DNA of 64,000 bases. Source: Tubiluchus corallicola. Lineage: Eukaryota > Animalia > Priapulida. Below are positions 1-11,297 of the stretch, in pieces (positions within the stretch are counted from its first letter, which is position 1; the number at the start of each line of letters is the position of its first letter). The translations under genes were made by a program, and so were the position numbers. The notes under the pieces are model-generated. The model searched no databases and had not been told where the DNA came from. It saw nothing but the letters and a program-made list of their open reading frames with translations. The stretch lies in assembly GCA_030141605.1 (NCBI GenBank), contig JAQGDQ010000374.1, forward strand, positions 164,219-228,218, in the 5' to 3' direction.

Positions 1-96
1 GTTGAGTGGGATATTTTAATGGCTTTTTACCTTTGAAGTAAAGACAGTGTTATTTAGCCATAATGGCACAGATGCACGCATGTCTACACTGAGAAA

Positions 97-463
97 TGTT
101 GTGTTTTGTTTCTCTCGGAGGGCTCGTAGAGAAAACCAGAAAACACTTCGTCAAATTAAACTAGTTTATTAAGCGAGAATTCTACAACACAAAAGTTGAA
201 GGAACGCGAAATGATTACAATAAACGTGAAAATCTAGAAAACGATTAAGTGTATCTGAAAATACAAGTTAAGAAGAGAATGTGTAAGTGGCGTCCGTGTG
301 AATCAGCGTGTGTCCCCTCTCAGCGGCCTGCTTCGCCTTATGGTGCCAGGGAACCTTCTAGACGTTAGCTTCTAGAACATTCTACAAGGTAAGACGATTA
401 TTCTAACGGAACATTCTACAATGTTCTATTTAATTCTAATAGATGCCAGCGATCTGCACAACA
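97..463 (-). mobile_element. solo-LTR-like element
   Basis: Termini TGTTGTG (97) and CACAACA (463) form an inverted repeat; AATAAA on the minus strand near 165. Flanks (AGAAA / AGGGG) give no matching TSD. Confidence 0.45.
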
Positions 464-2094
464 AGGGGAACTTCACTACAACTGTTTTACTGGTGTTTTT
501 GGACGAATTGCATTGGACTTCTCTTGTCAACAGCATGTCTATGCTTCAGTATAAGGTTTCAGTTTTCGTTTTCTAATTTTTAGATTTTCGAATATTTTCT
601 TTGTTATGATAGGGAAAATTGGGATTCTTTTTGCACGATTGTTTCTGGATGAATCCCGGGCTTTACCTCCTCTCCTGACTCTTCTAAGGCTGTTTCTTAA
701 ATTTATTCGCTGAGGTATTTAGACCGATACATGTTCTACTCATCAAATTAGGTCAATCCGTAGCCTTTGTTTACTCTTTCGCGTACTGCTGTTACTATTC
801 ATTGAAGCCGCTTATTAAAGGAAAAGTCAAACCTTCTAGGAGATTAGGCTCATTCCAATGTTCGCGAAAAATTATAGGATTTTGTAGTAAAATTGCAATA
901 AGCGCCTCGTGTAACTAGTAAAATGATTTTAAAATCGCGATAACTTCCTGCTTGGGCGATCCCATTTTCAATGCGCATTCTTCCACCTATGACGTCATTC
1001 GTCTTGAAGAAAAGTAGCCCACTGTCAATCTTCATCAAAATATAAGTTCTTACCAAAAAAATAAATAGCTATTTTTGTAATATTTTTGCGTGAACATTAG
1101 GTAAGTATCTTTTAAGTTTATGCTTTATAGGCAGTTCTTTGCAAATTTATTTGTTAAATTTTTCTAAGTTTAAGTGACAACAGTAAAATGAACCCAACAT
1201 ACTGAGTGCCCTGTTCTCTCCTTTAACACGGAGTTAGCATTGCATGATGCTACAGACATTTTTCAAATATAAACCAGCACGTAAGCATGAAAGACTAGCC
1301 CTCCTCATGCGCAGAAAACGTGCGCAATTTACCTTGCCTACATAATTGGAAGTTCTTACCTGCTTACCTTTTTAATTGACAAGTTTGACTGCCGGTGTAA
1401 ATAGCGAAAATTATATTAATAAAGATAACGGACGTAGAATGTACCTTTAACCGTCTCAATCTCTCCCATCTCCCAGTTCATTTAGAAAAGTTCTTTGTGT
1501 CAATTTGCAACAATGAACTGTCTACAGTCCTGCGTTCACATCCGGCCCTCCTGTCCGTGACATCTTTTGTCATAAATGAGCGTAACCTTTTATCTTGAAT
1601 GACCATTGGTCTTTTTGGTCCTGTATAAAAAATACGCAGACAAACAAAGATAAGATCTTGAATCATGTATAGCAGCGTCTTTTCCATCCGTATGTCTCTG
1701 GTTGAATTCATGAATGGGATTTACGTTGCTAAACAAATGGAAAAGCAGCAAATGTGTGATAAATGAACGAACAAACTAAAGAATGAAGAAACAAGCAAAC
1801 ATACAAACAAACAAACTAACTAATAAATAAATAAACAAGAAGAATAAAATATCTGAAGTGATACCTGCACAGTCTCATTGTCCTAAAGTGTAATTGTTGA
1901 ACAAGTTTTGATCCCAGCTGAGACCTCCGGTATCTCACCGAAGACACGAGTGAGCAGAAGTCCTCGAAATCTCCAATGTCGATGACAAAGCGCTAATAGC
2001 GGGGGTTAACAACTATGCAGTAAAAACTAATCACGTTTAGCCACGGACGTGTACGTGTTTTAACAAGCGTAGATTTGTAATTACGTGATCTGCA

Positions 2095-2172
2095 GTTCAC
2101 CTGAAGAAGCCAAGTATAGAGTTTACCTGAAGAAGCCGAGTATAGACGAAAACGTTTGCAATCGTCTGCATC
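2095..2172 (+). ncRNA. degenerate Penelope-type minimal hammerhead ribozyme motif
   Basis: CTGAAGA-AGCC-GAGTATA-GAC-GAAA-ACGT-TT; the CTGAAGAAGCC half is tandemly duplicated; stems I and II are imperfect. Confidence 0.4.
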
Positions 2173-2475
2173 GTTTACCCTAGCTATAGTTTATTGCACT
2201 CAGATCCAGGGTTCAGTGATAGTTGTGAAGAACGCAATCTTTAGGGTGGCAAGTCAGCATCTTGGAAGACAATTAATCCTCCTGAAAGATTAAACGTGAA
2301 TAGCATCAGATTTGAATTATTAATATTCTCGCGAAGGAATTTGTTAATAGCAAGAAAATGGGGTCAGTTCAGTTTCGTGCGATTTCCAGTAGTTCCTAAT
2401 ACATGTCTGTCACTGTTCCATTCACACATATTGTTTACTAGAAGCTAATACGCTTGGTTGCTTACGAGAAGTTAT

Positions 2476-2647
2476 GGGAAGACCGGACGATTGTTTAGAC
2501 TCAATCTCATTTTAATTTACTGTCCAAAATATACATTTTCTTGACTATAAAAGTTGGCAATTGTTCCTTATATTTGAATAATTAGCTTAGAAAGTTAATT
2601 CACGGCAACCGAACACAGCTATTGCTTACGTCAGAAACTAACCACAG
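2476..2647 (+). mobile_element. 5' fragment of the Kolobok-type non-autonomous element
   Basis: Near-identical to the first ~170 bp of the copy at 59347 (GGAAGACCGGACGATTGTTTAGACTCAATCTC...). Confidence 0.85.
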
Positions 2648-2678
2648 AAACTAACCACAACTAACCTTTAGTGTTAAT

Positions 2679-2860
2679 TTAGCGGAATCTACGACCAGAG
2701 GGGAGTATTTCAAAATATTTACTACCTGGATGAAAATCATCTTTCATGATAACTTGCACTCTCTTTGCAACCCTAGTTTCATACAAATGTGCCATAGATT
2801 GGTGTTGAATTCCTACAGTTTTTGAGACGGATTTAACAATTTGATCAAGAGCATGGCGAT
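2679..2860 (-). mobile_element. LINE ORF2 C-terminal fragment (Rex1/Babar-like)
   Basis: Translation ...IMKDDFHPGSKYFEILPSGRRFR matches the HPxxxxFxxLPSGRR[YF]R motif (DUF1891) of these LINEs. Confidence 0.65.
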
Positions 2861-3182
2861 ATACGAGCACTGCGCATAGTAATATTATAAATACATTCTG
2901 TAGCAACAGATTCAAGTTTTCCTGAGATACACATTGTCAGCAAAAATGTCACTCATCAATAACAGGATGTGTGAATTATTGACTGAGTTGGTATCCTATA
3001 GTGTTGGCTAGTCAATTTCTTTCTTTCTTCGAACAATGCTGCGTAGCGCGGGGAGAAGTCAATATAATTACTGGTCTACTAGAAGTCCAAAGCAAGTCGA
3101 ACAGCTGCAATAAAACGATTTTGCAAATTAGTGTGTGTGCCGTCTGAGCTTGTAAGTGCAGGTACATCACCAACATCCATAC

Positions 3183-3528
3183 TGTGAAAGTTGTGACTGT
3201 ATATTTTAGGTGCTGCCATCTATTGATTAGTCACTTTAACATTTTACTAGTTAAACTCACCCCTAGTACAATTGCTCGGTCCAGTGAATATGCAAACTCA
3301 CTGGATCTCCCCTATTTTTACTGTAATGGGATATGTGAAGCCAAGTTTTTGCATAGTTCTCTACCTATATAAACTGGCTGGATTTCACTTCTAGCCACTG
3401 TCTCTCTGTCACGCTCTCAGTGACGTGCAGTCGATCTACTTATGTGACTCTCTGTCACGTGTGCAGATATGTAATATAGCGTTCATTCGTTTTCTACAAA
3501 GTGTTCAACCTCATACATGACTTTCACA
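3183..3528 (+). mobile_element. solo LTR with 5-bp TSD
   Basis: TGTGAAAGT...ACTTTCACA termini; perfect CATAC TSD (3178-3182, 3529-3533); internal TATATAAA; homologous to 49383-49790. Confidence 0.85.
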
Positions 3529-4421
3529 CATACTGTTCTAGGCTTGTTTTACTGAGAATATTACGTTGTTCTGAAATAAAAATGCACTAAATGCTACTCG
3601 CACACTGTAACAACGTCTCTCTGCAACAAAACTGTTTGAGGCAAATTGTCGTAAACAGTTGTAAGCAAAACTTTTCCCGTTCACTATAAGTTTTCTATGA
3701 AACAAACTGTGTCGTGGGTAACCATAGTAAACAATTATTAGATGACACGTGACAAAATCATTGGTTTTTGGCCTTATCTGTTTTGCCGGACGCAAATTGT
3801 TACATTGGGCCCGTATACGAGCAGGACGATCGGAGGCAGAAATTTAACTATGCTTAGAAAGTCTGTATCCGACAATTGCGTCAGAGTTTGCATAATGGCG
3901 CCCTGTAAAAGATGCGATGATTTATGGTGTCAACTTGGATCTGCCATTATGCGACAACTCCGCCTCTGCAGCTTATGTATAAATTGTGTGTGAATTCATA
4001 ACAGATACTTTAAATATGTATGATAATAATGTCTGAGTCCTCCTATTATAATTGGTAAAGCTGTGATGATTTATAAAACTGAACGTAACATCCAATTGTC
4101 ACGGTATGTAAGTGAAATTTTTTTTTTGTAGTTCGAATGTTCTTTTTTTATGGACTGATTCTGCTGTGACCGCCTCCTTGATTGTATGTTTAATTCAGTC
4201 AACAAATTTGTCTGTCTGTCTGTCTGCGCGTGCGCGTGTGAGTAATGAAGCAATCATGAAAGACACAAAACTTGTTCCAATTTCAATTTATTCAGTTGGT
4301 GTTTCTGTTTCAATAATAAAGTTATTTTGACAAGATTTGTCCTTTGTTGGATAAATTTTAAAACCAATTTGTTAGGTAACTACTTGTGTACTTCTTTAGG
4401 ATACTTCTTACATTACATGTT

Positions 4422-4472
4422 ATAATTATCTGAAGAGGAGAACAAACGTGTTCTCCAAACATCATTAATTAT
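4422..4472 (+). ncRNA. type I hammerhead ribozyme remnant (Penelope-like)
   Basis: ATAATTAT-CTGAAGA-GGAGAAC-AAACGT-GTTCTCC-AAAC-ATC-ATTAATTAT: perfect 7-bp stem II and good stem I, but the G of GAAA is missing. Confidence 0.5.
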
Positions 4473-4789
4473 AAATAATATAATAGCGGGATTCTTCATA
4501 AAAACTGATTGATTCTCGGCATAACTTTGGCCAGTGATGTTACTGGAGACACAGCTGCTGATGAAACAATTATTACTTCATCTGTGCAATGCGTGCACGT
4601 TTATAACGCCCATAATACCCACGTGCTTTTATGTTTAATTGATCTGAGACCGGGATGTCGAATTATCTTTGCTAGACTTAGTAGACTACAAGGTTTTTCT
4701 CTCAGATTACCTACACGTACATGTATTACATACACAAGTTCAAGTTCATGGATAAGATGTATCAGCCTCAGATGTATGCTACATATTAC

Positions 4790-5615
4790 ATTTAGACGTA
4801 TTAACTTTGTCCCGACCCAGCAAATATCATGAGATGCTGTTTCTTCTTCACACTGAAAATGTTCATTGAGACGTTTTGTTGTTACTAATCAAAAAATTAT
4901 CATTTAAACGTATTACCTTTGTCCCGACCCAGCAAATATCATGAGATGCTATTTCTTCTTCACACTGAAAATGTTCATTGAGACGTTTTGTTACTAATCT
5001 AAAAATTATCATTTAAACGTATTAACTTTGTCCCGACCCAGCAAATATCATGAGATGCTGTTTCTTCTTCACACTGAAAATGTTCATTGAGACGTTTTGT
5101 TGTTACTAATCTAAATTTTATCATTTAAACGTATTAACTGTGTCCCGACCCAGCAAATATCATGAGATGCTATTTCTTCTTCACACTGAAAATGTTCATT
5201 GAGACGTTTTGTTACTAATCTAAAAATTATCATTTAAACGTATTAACTTTGTCCCGACCCAGCAAATATCATGAGATGCTGTTTCTTCTTCACACTGAAA
5301 ATGTTCATTGAGACGTTTTGTTGTTACTAATCTAAAAAATTATCATTTAAACGTATTAACTTTGTCCCGACCCAGCAAATATCATGAGATGCTATTTCTT
5401 CTTCACACTGAAAATGTTCATTGAGACGTTTTGTTGTTACTAATCTAAAAATTATCATTTAAACGTATTAACTTTGTCCCGACCCAGCAAATATCATGAG
5501 ATGCTATTTCTTCTTCACACTGAAAATGTTCATTGAGACGTTTTGTTGTTACTAATCTAAAAATTATCATTTAAACGTATTAACTTTGTCCGTTTTGTTG
5601 TTACTAACCTAAAAG
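4790..5615. repeat. tandem repeat, ~112-bp unit, ~7 copies
   Basis: GTCCCGACCCAGC recurs at 4809, 4921, 5030, 5142, 5251, 5364 and 5476 (partial at 5588). Confidence 0.95.
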
Positions 5616-7507
5616 GTCTAAGCTGTTAGTAGTCTACTGCTGGTTGTTTATGCTGGATTACTGGCGGAATAATGCATCCTTCTTAGAAATCTCATGTTGA
5701 AGTAATTTAGGCCTAATTGGTGGCTTCTATATGCCAACCTTTTTATAGCTATATAGGGCTACCTAAGGCTAGCTTAATACTCCGTATATAGCTTGTACTG
5801 ATTCTAGTTACTAACGTAATACATATTAATCGCCGTTTCTTATTCTGTCTCTTACTTGTTTTACGTGTTTCCTAAAAAGTGTTTTAATCATTGTTCGTTA
5901 TTGTATGCTTAGCATAGGCCTAAATGCCTATATCGTAGGCCAAATGGATCTATTGGCCAAATTAAGCTATTTTAACTTCTGCCTTGTTTGTTCAGTCTGT
6001 CAATTCAATCAAGTCCAGAATTTCTAAACGTAATTTTAGTGCACATTCTGGACTCGTTTGTAACGGGTTCAAGACTGTCATAAAACAGCACCGTTGTTTT
6101 CAATACGGGTAACGTATATATGCAAAATAAATTCGTTGATATTACAAATAAACGATGGGTGGTATTCAAATAGGTCGACGAACCTCTCCTACCCCAAACT
6201 TTTGCGAGTGAAAAAATGCGAAGTGCGTGATTAAATTTTAGGGCATCCCGTGTTTATAATACTTCACGAAGAGCAAACAACATTAGACACGTTGCGGCGT
6301 GGGTGCAATTTATTACTGTGCTGAACGAAGCCAAAGAATATTGAAGCCATACACTGATCATCCGCGGCAACTCGAAAATAGACAAAAAGTTAAAAATGTT
6401 ACTGTTGTTTTGCAGTTTTAAAAGTAACAATGCAGTAATTATCTTGAGAACAAATACCATACGTAAAATTAAGTGCCAAAAATATTGTTAGGAAGGCAGA
6501 TTTTGACCAACCCCCATTAGTAATGGGTATGGTCGAGAAGCCCCGTAATGCAAATGTATCTGTATAAAGCAAAATGCACGCCGTAATTTGACGATTCCAA
6601 CCTGGTCTTTATGTCTGTGAAGGTAAATGCTGTAGGTTTGCTAATTTTTGTACTAAAGTTTGTTCACATGTTATGGGGCTACTGGTTGTGCATTAAAGTT
6701 TATTTTACATTCGTATTCTGTTTACTTTTCTCGTCTGCTGTAGACTATTTCATAACTTGTATGCCGCTCTATACATCCTGAGACGGATTCGCGCAGTGGA
6801 CCCCGGATCCGTTACAATACATTATTAGGATTTACGTTGTCAAAGGTCTATATAAATATATTGGCTAAATTTCACGTACTTGTGTCTCGTCCTCTTTATT
6901 TTTCCTTTTCTCTTTAATTAAGCTTGTATTAAAGCTGTTAAACCATAAATCAGACTTACATATATAATGAGGATTACGCAAAAAATAATAATTACGCGTT
7001 ATAACATATGCAAAAACTGTAAAACATTAAGATCGGAATAGCTTAAACAGTTTTTACGTAAAACCTATTTATATAAAGCTATATACATGTAAAAATACAT
7101 GAAAATTCCATTACAATGGGCAAACATACTTGAGCGTAACTTGAGGCAAACGTCCAACTAATTTTCACTTAAATTTCAAATGATTAACATCAATCTCAGC
7201 CCAAATTTTCGTAGAACTAATTAGAAATCTATATTTCGAAGACTATAGATTATATTTGAGGACTATTATGTTGTATGTTTGGTTAGGCCTTAAAAAGGTA
7301 CATTTTTCTGTTCTAGCCTATAAAAATTTGTAAACGTACTATACGAATATAATTTATAAGTACACATTCGTTTCTATCTACAACACGTTTTTCACTAACT
7401 AATTACGTGAAATTGACTTTAATTGGAATTTTATTCAGAGAAAAGGCGCAATTCAAAGAATGACAGTTTATATTTTGATTATTGCGCATTTTGTGCTTTT
7501 GTTTAGA

Positions 7508-8465
7508 TCAGCCATACTGTCTGCTGTTGTATCTAGTGCTTTGTCTTGCAGCTTGCAGTCCCCGTCCATTAAATCTTGGTTGAATTGGTGCAGACTGTCT
7601 ACCGCGTCCCTGTAGTCTGTTAGGCAATGTACTTGCTGGACCTGAGTGGACCGGGGCATCTTCCAACTGAATTGTTTGGAACTGAAAATTTGGATTCTTC
7701 TGAAAACCATAACTCGCCCCCTCTTCGTTGGTACCCTCTCCTGATCCTGTCTGACTGTAAGATTGCGTGACGTCGTTGCTTCCACTGCGGGTGGCGCTGA
7801 GTTCGACTGTACCTTCACCGGAACCGGATCCGGTTTTCTCACCGGTGCTGCTTTCCGTTTGTCTAGCTGATCCACTTCTGAACCTGGTTCCTATCACCGC
7901 TTGTTCTTGGGACTGCGGTGCAAAGGACATCTGGGGTGCCTGAGCTTGAGCCCCGTCCCTCCACGTGTTGAAATTCCAATCTTCTATGTTAATGTAGTTG
8001 CGCCCAAATTCCTCGAAACCAAATGCTTCTGGATTTAGCATTCCAAAGTTATTAATGTCAATTTCGTTGTTACCAAATCCAGGAAGACCAGCTGATGACA
8101 ATGTTGAATCAAACTGCCGTGAGTTCGAAGCCGACTGGCCACCAAAAGTTTGAAAGTTTTGTTGAAGATTACCCGCTGGGAGTTGACTCCTACCAAATCC
8201 TTGCTGCTGAAACGGAGACCTTTGAAAGCCCCGTTGTTGACGCCCTTGTTGTAGTTGAGACCCTGGATCAAACTGGCCATTTCTATTACGCCCACCAGGT
8301 TGGCGTGGACTAAACGTGTTCATATTTTGCTGATGGAAACTTCTTGAAGGTTGTCTGTTGCCATGGCTTAGTTGTTGGACCCCTCTAATACCTTCAGGTC
8401 CAAAGGCATCAGATGAAACAGAGGCAATTCCAAACATCAAAATTAGGCACGTTGCCAGACACATC
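7508..8465 (-). CDS. exon 2 of a secreted Gln/Gly/Phe/Asn-rich low-complexity protein
   Basis: Long GC-richer ORF; acceptor TTCCTTTTTCTAG|G directly before ATG TGT; hydrophobic signal peptide MCLATCLILMFGIASVSS; TGA at 7510-7508; AATAAA on the minus strand near 7431. Confidence 0.85.
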
Positions 8466-8559
8466 CTAGAAAAAGGAAGGTTATCATAATTTACTTTCAC
8501 ATTGTAACAAACGTAACCTAATTTACAATTTAGAATTTGTAAATAACAAATAATCGACT

Positions 8560-9000
8560 GGCGGTTATTTATTTATTTATTTATTTTATTCACACCCAAT
8601 AGTAAAATACAATCTACAATAAAAAACAATATAATATAAAACACGTTGACAAAAACATACGAATAAAATATTTACAAGAGTGTGGTAAAGACACAAAACT
8701 GCTTACATGTGTCTATTGTGAACAAGGAATTTATGCAAGTTAACTTTATATAAGCGGCTTTTAAATAACTTAATATTTTGTGCAGTTATTTTGTGCAGTT
8801 ACGAGGGGTGCGCCATCAACATACGCAGGCAATCAGTTCCAGATCGGTACAACTGGATTTCAGTCGGAAATGAAAGGAGAAAATTCAAAGACTAATCTGT
8901 TATTAGCAATAATAATTAATGTATAATGGGAGATGTAATGAAGACGTGCAATAAACTAAAGCTAGTCGATGATCTAGATTCTAGACGGAATTGACTTCAT
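8560..9000 (-). mobile_element. decayed CR1/L2-type LINE 3' end
   Basis: Remnant translation ...VVPIWN*LP... followed by a (TAAA)n tail. Confidence 0.4.
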
Positions 9001-9042
9001 CAATTTGGTAACTGTACATTTTTATGTGGTTGACGCTCTTAA

Positions 9043-9474
9043 CCCTTTCAGTCCCAAATTAGAAAAATTTTTTTGGCTTGCTACTTTTGTTCAGTATGTC
9101 TATCTTGTTTACACATAATAATTTTTTTTCTACCTGTACCGGCGCGCTACCACGGGATACATTGGGATTTAATGGAAGCATAAAATGTGCTTCATTTTGC
9201 AACTGCTGATAATTTTTTAAAGTATTTAAGACATTTAGTTGTGCATGCAATGCTGATCTGTACAAAGTCGTCTCTAAAGTACTGTACCTTGCGCAGTTTT
9301 TTATGCTATGTAGATTTTCTAGTTTACCATTTTATCACTATTTTTAGTCTATTGTTATTGGCTTAAATCAAAATAACTATTAACAGATCAAATAACTGTC
9401 AGTTTTGAAATTTTATTAATTTTAAAGGCAGAAAATATTCTCGTATCCCGCTGGATAGAACGGGTATGAAAGGG
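9043..9474. mobile_element. piggyBac-type non-autonomous element (MITE)
   Basis: TTAA-CCCTTTCAGTCCC ... GGGTATGAAAGGG-TTAA (11/13 TIR match, TTAA TSD); subterminal inverted repeat containing CGGGATAC. Confidence 0.85.
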
Positions 9475-9533
9475 TTAATAAATTCAGTACAGGAATTTGT
9501 CTAGTGAGTATACCAGGCCTGCAGAAAACACAG

Positions 9534-9632
9534 TTATTATTATTATTATCATCATCATCATCATCATCATCATCATAATCATAATCATCATCATCATCAT
9601 CATCATAATCATCATTATTATTATTATTTATT
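9534..9632. repeat. (ATT)n/(ATC)n microsatellite
   Basis: Directly visible. Confidence 0.95.
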
Positions 9633-10066
9633 AAATACATCCACAACAATCATTATAGCATAGCACTTAAAAGAATTTAATAACATATTTATTATTATGT
9701 ACACAAGATGCCAAGCTGCAAATGACCTGAAGTAATTACTTGTTGAGAGCACCCCAAATGAATGTGCATTGAGTGAAGAAGAAAAGAACAGTAAAGGAGT
9801 AGAAAAGAAAAGTTAATAGAGAATAGAAAGAAAAAGAAAGATGTGATGGTATATCTGTGTGAAGTAACGTGAACTATAGACATATAGAAATCGACATAGC
9901 CAGGAACGCGATGGATTCCGACAGGGGACAGCAGCGTAGTTAGTCAAATTTATTTATTCTATATAATTAGAAAAGATTTCGCTTTTAAAATTTCTTTTGA
10001 AGTTATTAATAGATAAAGAACTTTTTATGTATTCGTTGATGTTATTCCAAAGTCAAGGGCCAGTCT

Positions 10067-10655
10067 GAATGATGGTGGAGAACAGACTGTTACAGTAATT
10101 CTGAAGCACTGCAAAGACAACCGCGCGCGGCAGAATGATGGTGGAGAACAGACTATTACAGTAATTCTGAAGCACTGCAAAGACAACCGCGCGCGGCAGA
10201 ATGATGGTGGAGAACAGACTGTTACAGTAGTTCTGAAGCACTGCAAAGACAACCGCGCGCGGCAGAATGATGGTGGAGAACAGACTGTTACAGTAGTTCG
10301 GAAGCTCTGCAAAAACAACCGCGCGCGGCAGAATGATGGTGGAGAACAGACTGTTACAGTAGTTCTGAAGCACTGCAAAGACAACCGCGCGCGGCAGAAT
10401 GATGGTGGAGAACAGACTGTTACAGTAGTTCGGAAGCTCTGCAAAGACAACCGCGCGCGGCAGAATGATGGTGGAGAACAGGCTGTTACAGTAGTTCGGA
10501 AGCACTGCAAAGACAACCGCGCGCGGCCGAATGATGGTGGAGAACAGACTGTTACAGTAGTTCTGAAGCTCTGCAAAAACAACCGCGCGCGGCAGAATGA
10601 TGGTGGAGAACAGACTGTTACAGTTGTTCGGAAGCACTGCATAGACAACCACGCG
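10067..10655. repeat. 66-bp minisatellite, ~9 copies
   Basis: Unit GAATGATGGTGGAGAACAGACTGTTACAGTAG...CCGCGCGCGGCA; produces the 22-aa-periodic ORFs in the track. Confidence 0.95.
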
Positions 10656-11280
10656 CCTCTCATGGTTAATATAGCTCAATCATAAGGTTATGTTGTAATT
10701 TAACAAGACTGACAAGACATGAAGTTTTCGTTGGTAAAATAATAATTTTTTTTGAATCTGTCTGCAAAGAATCAAGATTAGTAAACTGACATTAATAGTC
10801 TTAGTTATTCGTGCTAAGTAATCAGCGCTGTTACAAATGCTAATTGAAATTTTGTCTATCGTCCCGTGTCTCGTGCATTGCACGCTAGAGACATCTACTC
10901 AGCACGTCGTAAAACCTCAAGTGAAGCCACTGGTGCGTCTGGCTTCTTTCTGATAAGAAATATCGACCTAGTTATGAAGTTTACAGGGAAGTTTTTGTAC
11001 ACCAGACGTCTCCACTTTAATTGAGCTAATACTTCTTGCGATTAAATTAAACTTATTTATCATTTTTGTACATTTTTATTTGTAGTTTTCTTAAAAAGGA
11101 TTATAAAGTAAATAATTATTACTAACAAAATTCATTAATATCAACAAATTCAGCAAAAAACGACAAAAGGCGGAGAGCAATGATGTATCACCAACTGCCA
11201 CTGTTGAGCTCTGACCTACGGATATCCCAGAATAAACCTTAATAAATGATTTTAAATATATTACCCATTATACAACGTAC

Positions 11281-11297
11281 CTTGCAAGATTCTGCAT
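11281..11297 (-). CDS. exon 1 (coding part) of the secreted low-complexity protein
   Basis: ATGCAGAATCTTGCAAG|GTACGT donor; phase 2 joins G8465 in frame to give MQNLAR-MCLATCLIL...; CATAAAA TATA-like box at 11390-11384. Confidence 0.6.

Noticed and set aside
815-1226. TTAA-AGGA...TCCT-TTAA as another Kolobok element
   Set aside because: Terminal match is limited to a few bases and there is no second copy.
7468-7875. 135-aa overlapping ORF on the minus strand
   Set aside because: Alternative frame of the secreted-protein exon; no independent start context or recognisable motif.
10025-10679. Two ~210-aa repetitive ORFs
   Set aside because: Products of a stop-free 66-bp intronic minisatellite; no supported splice connection to the host gene.
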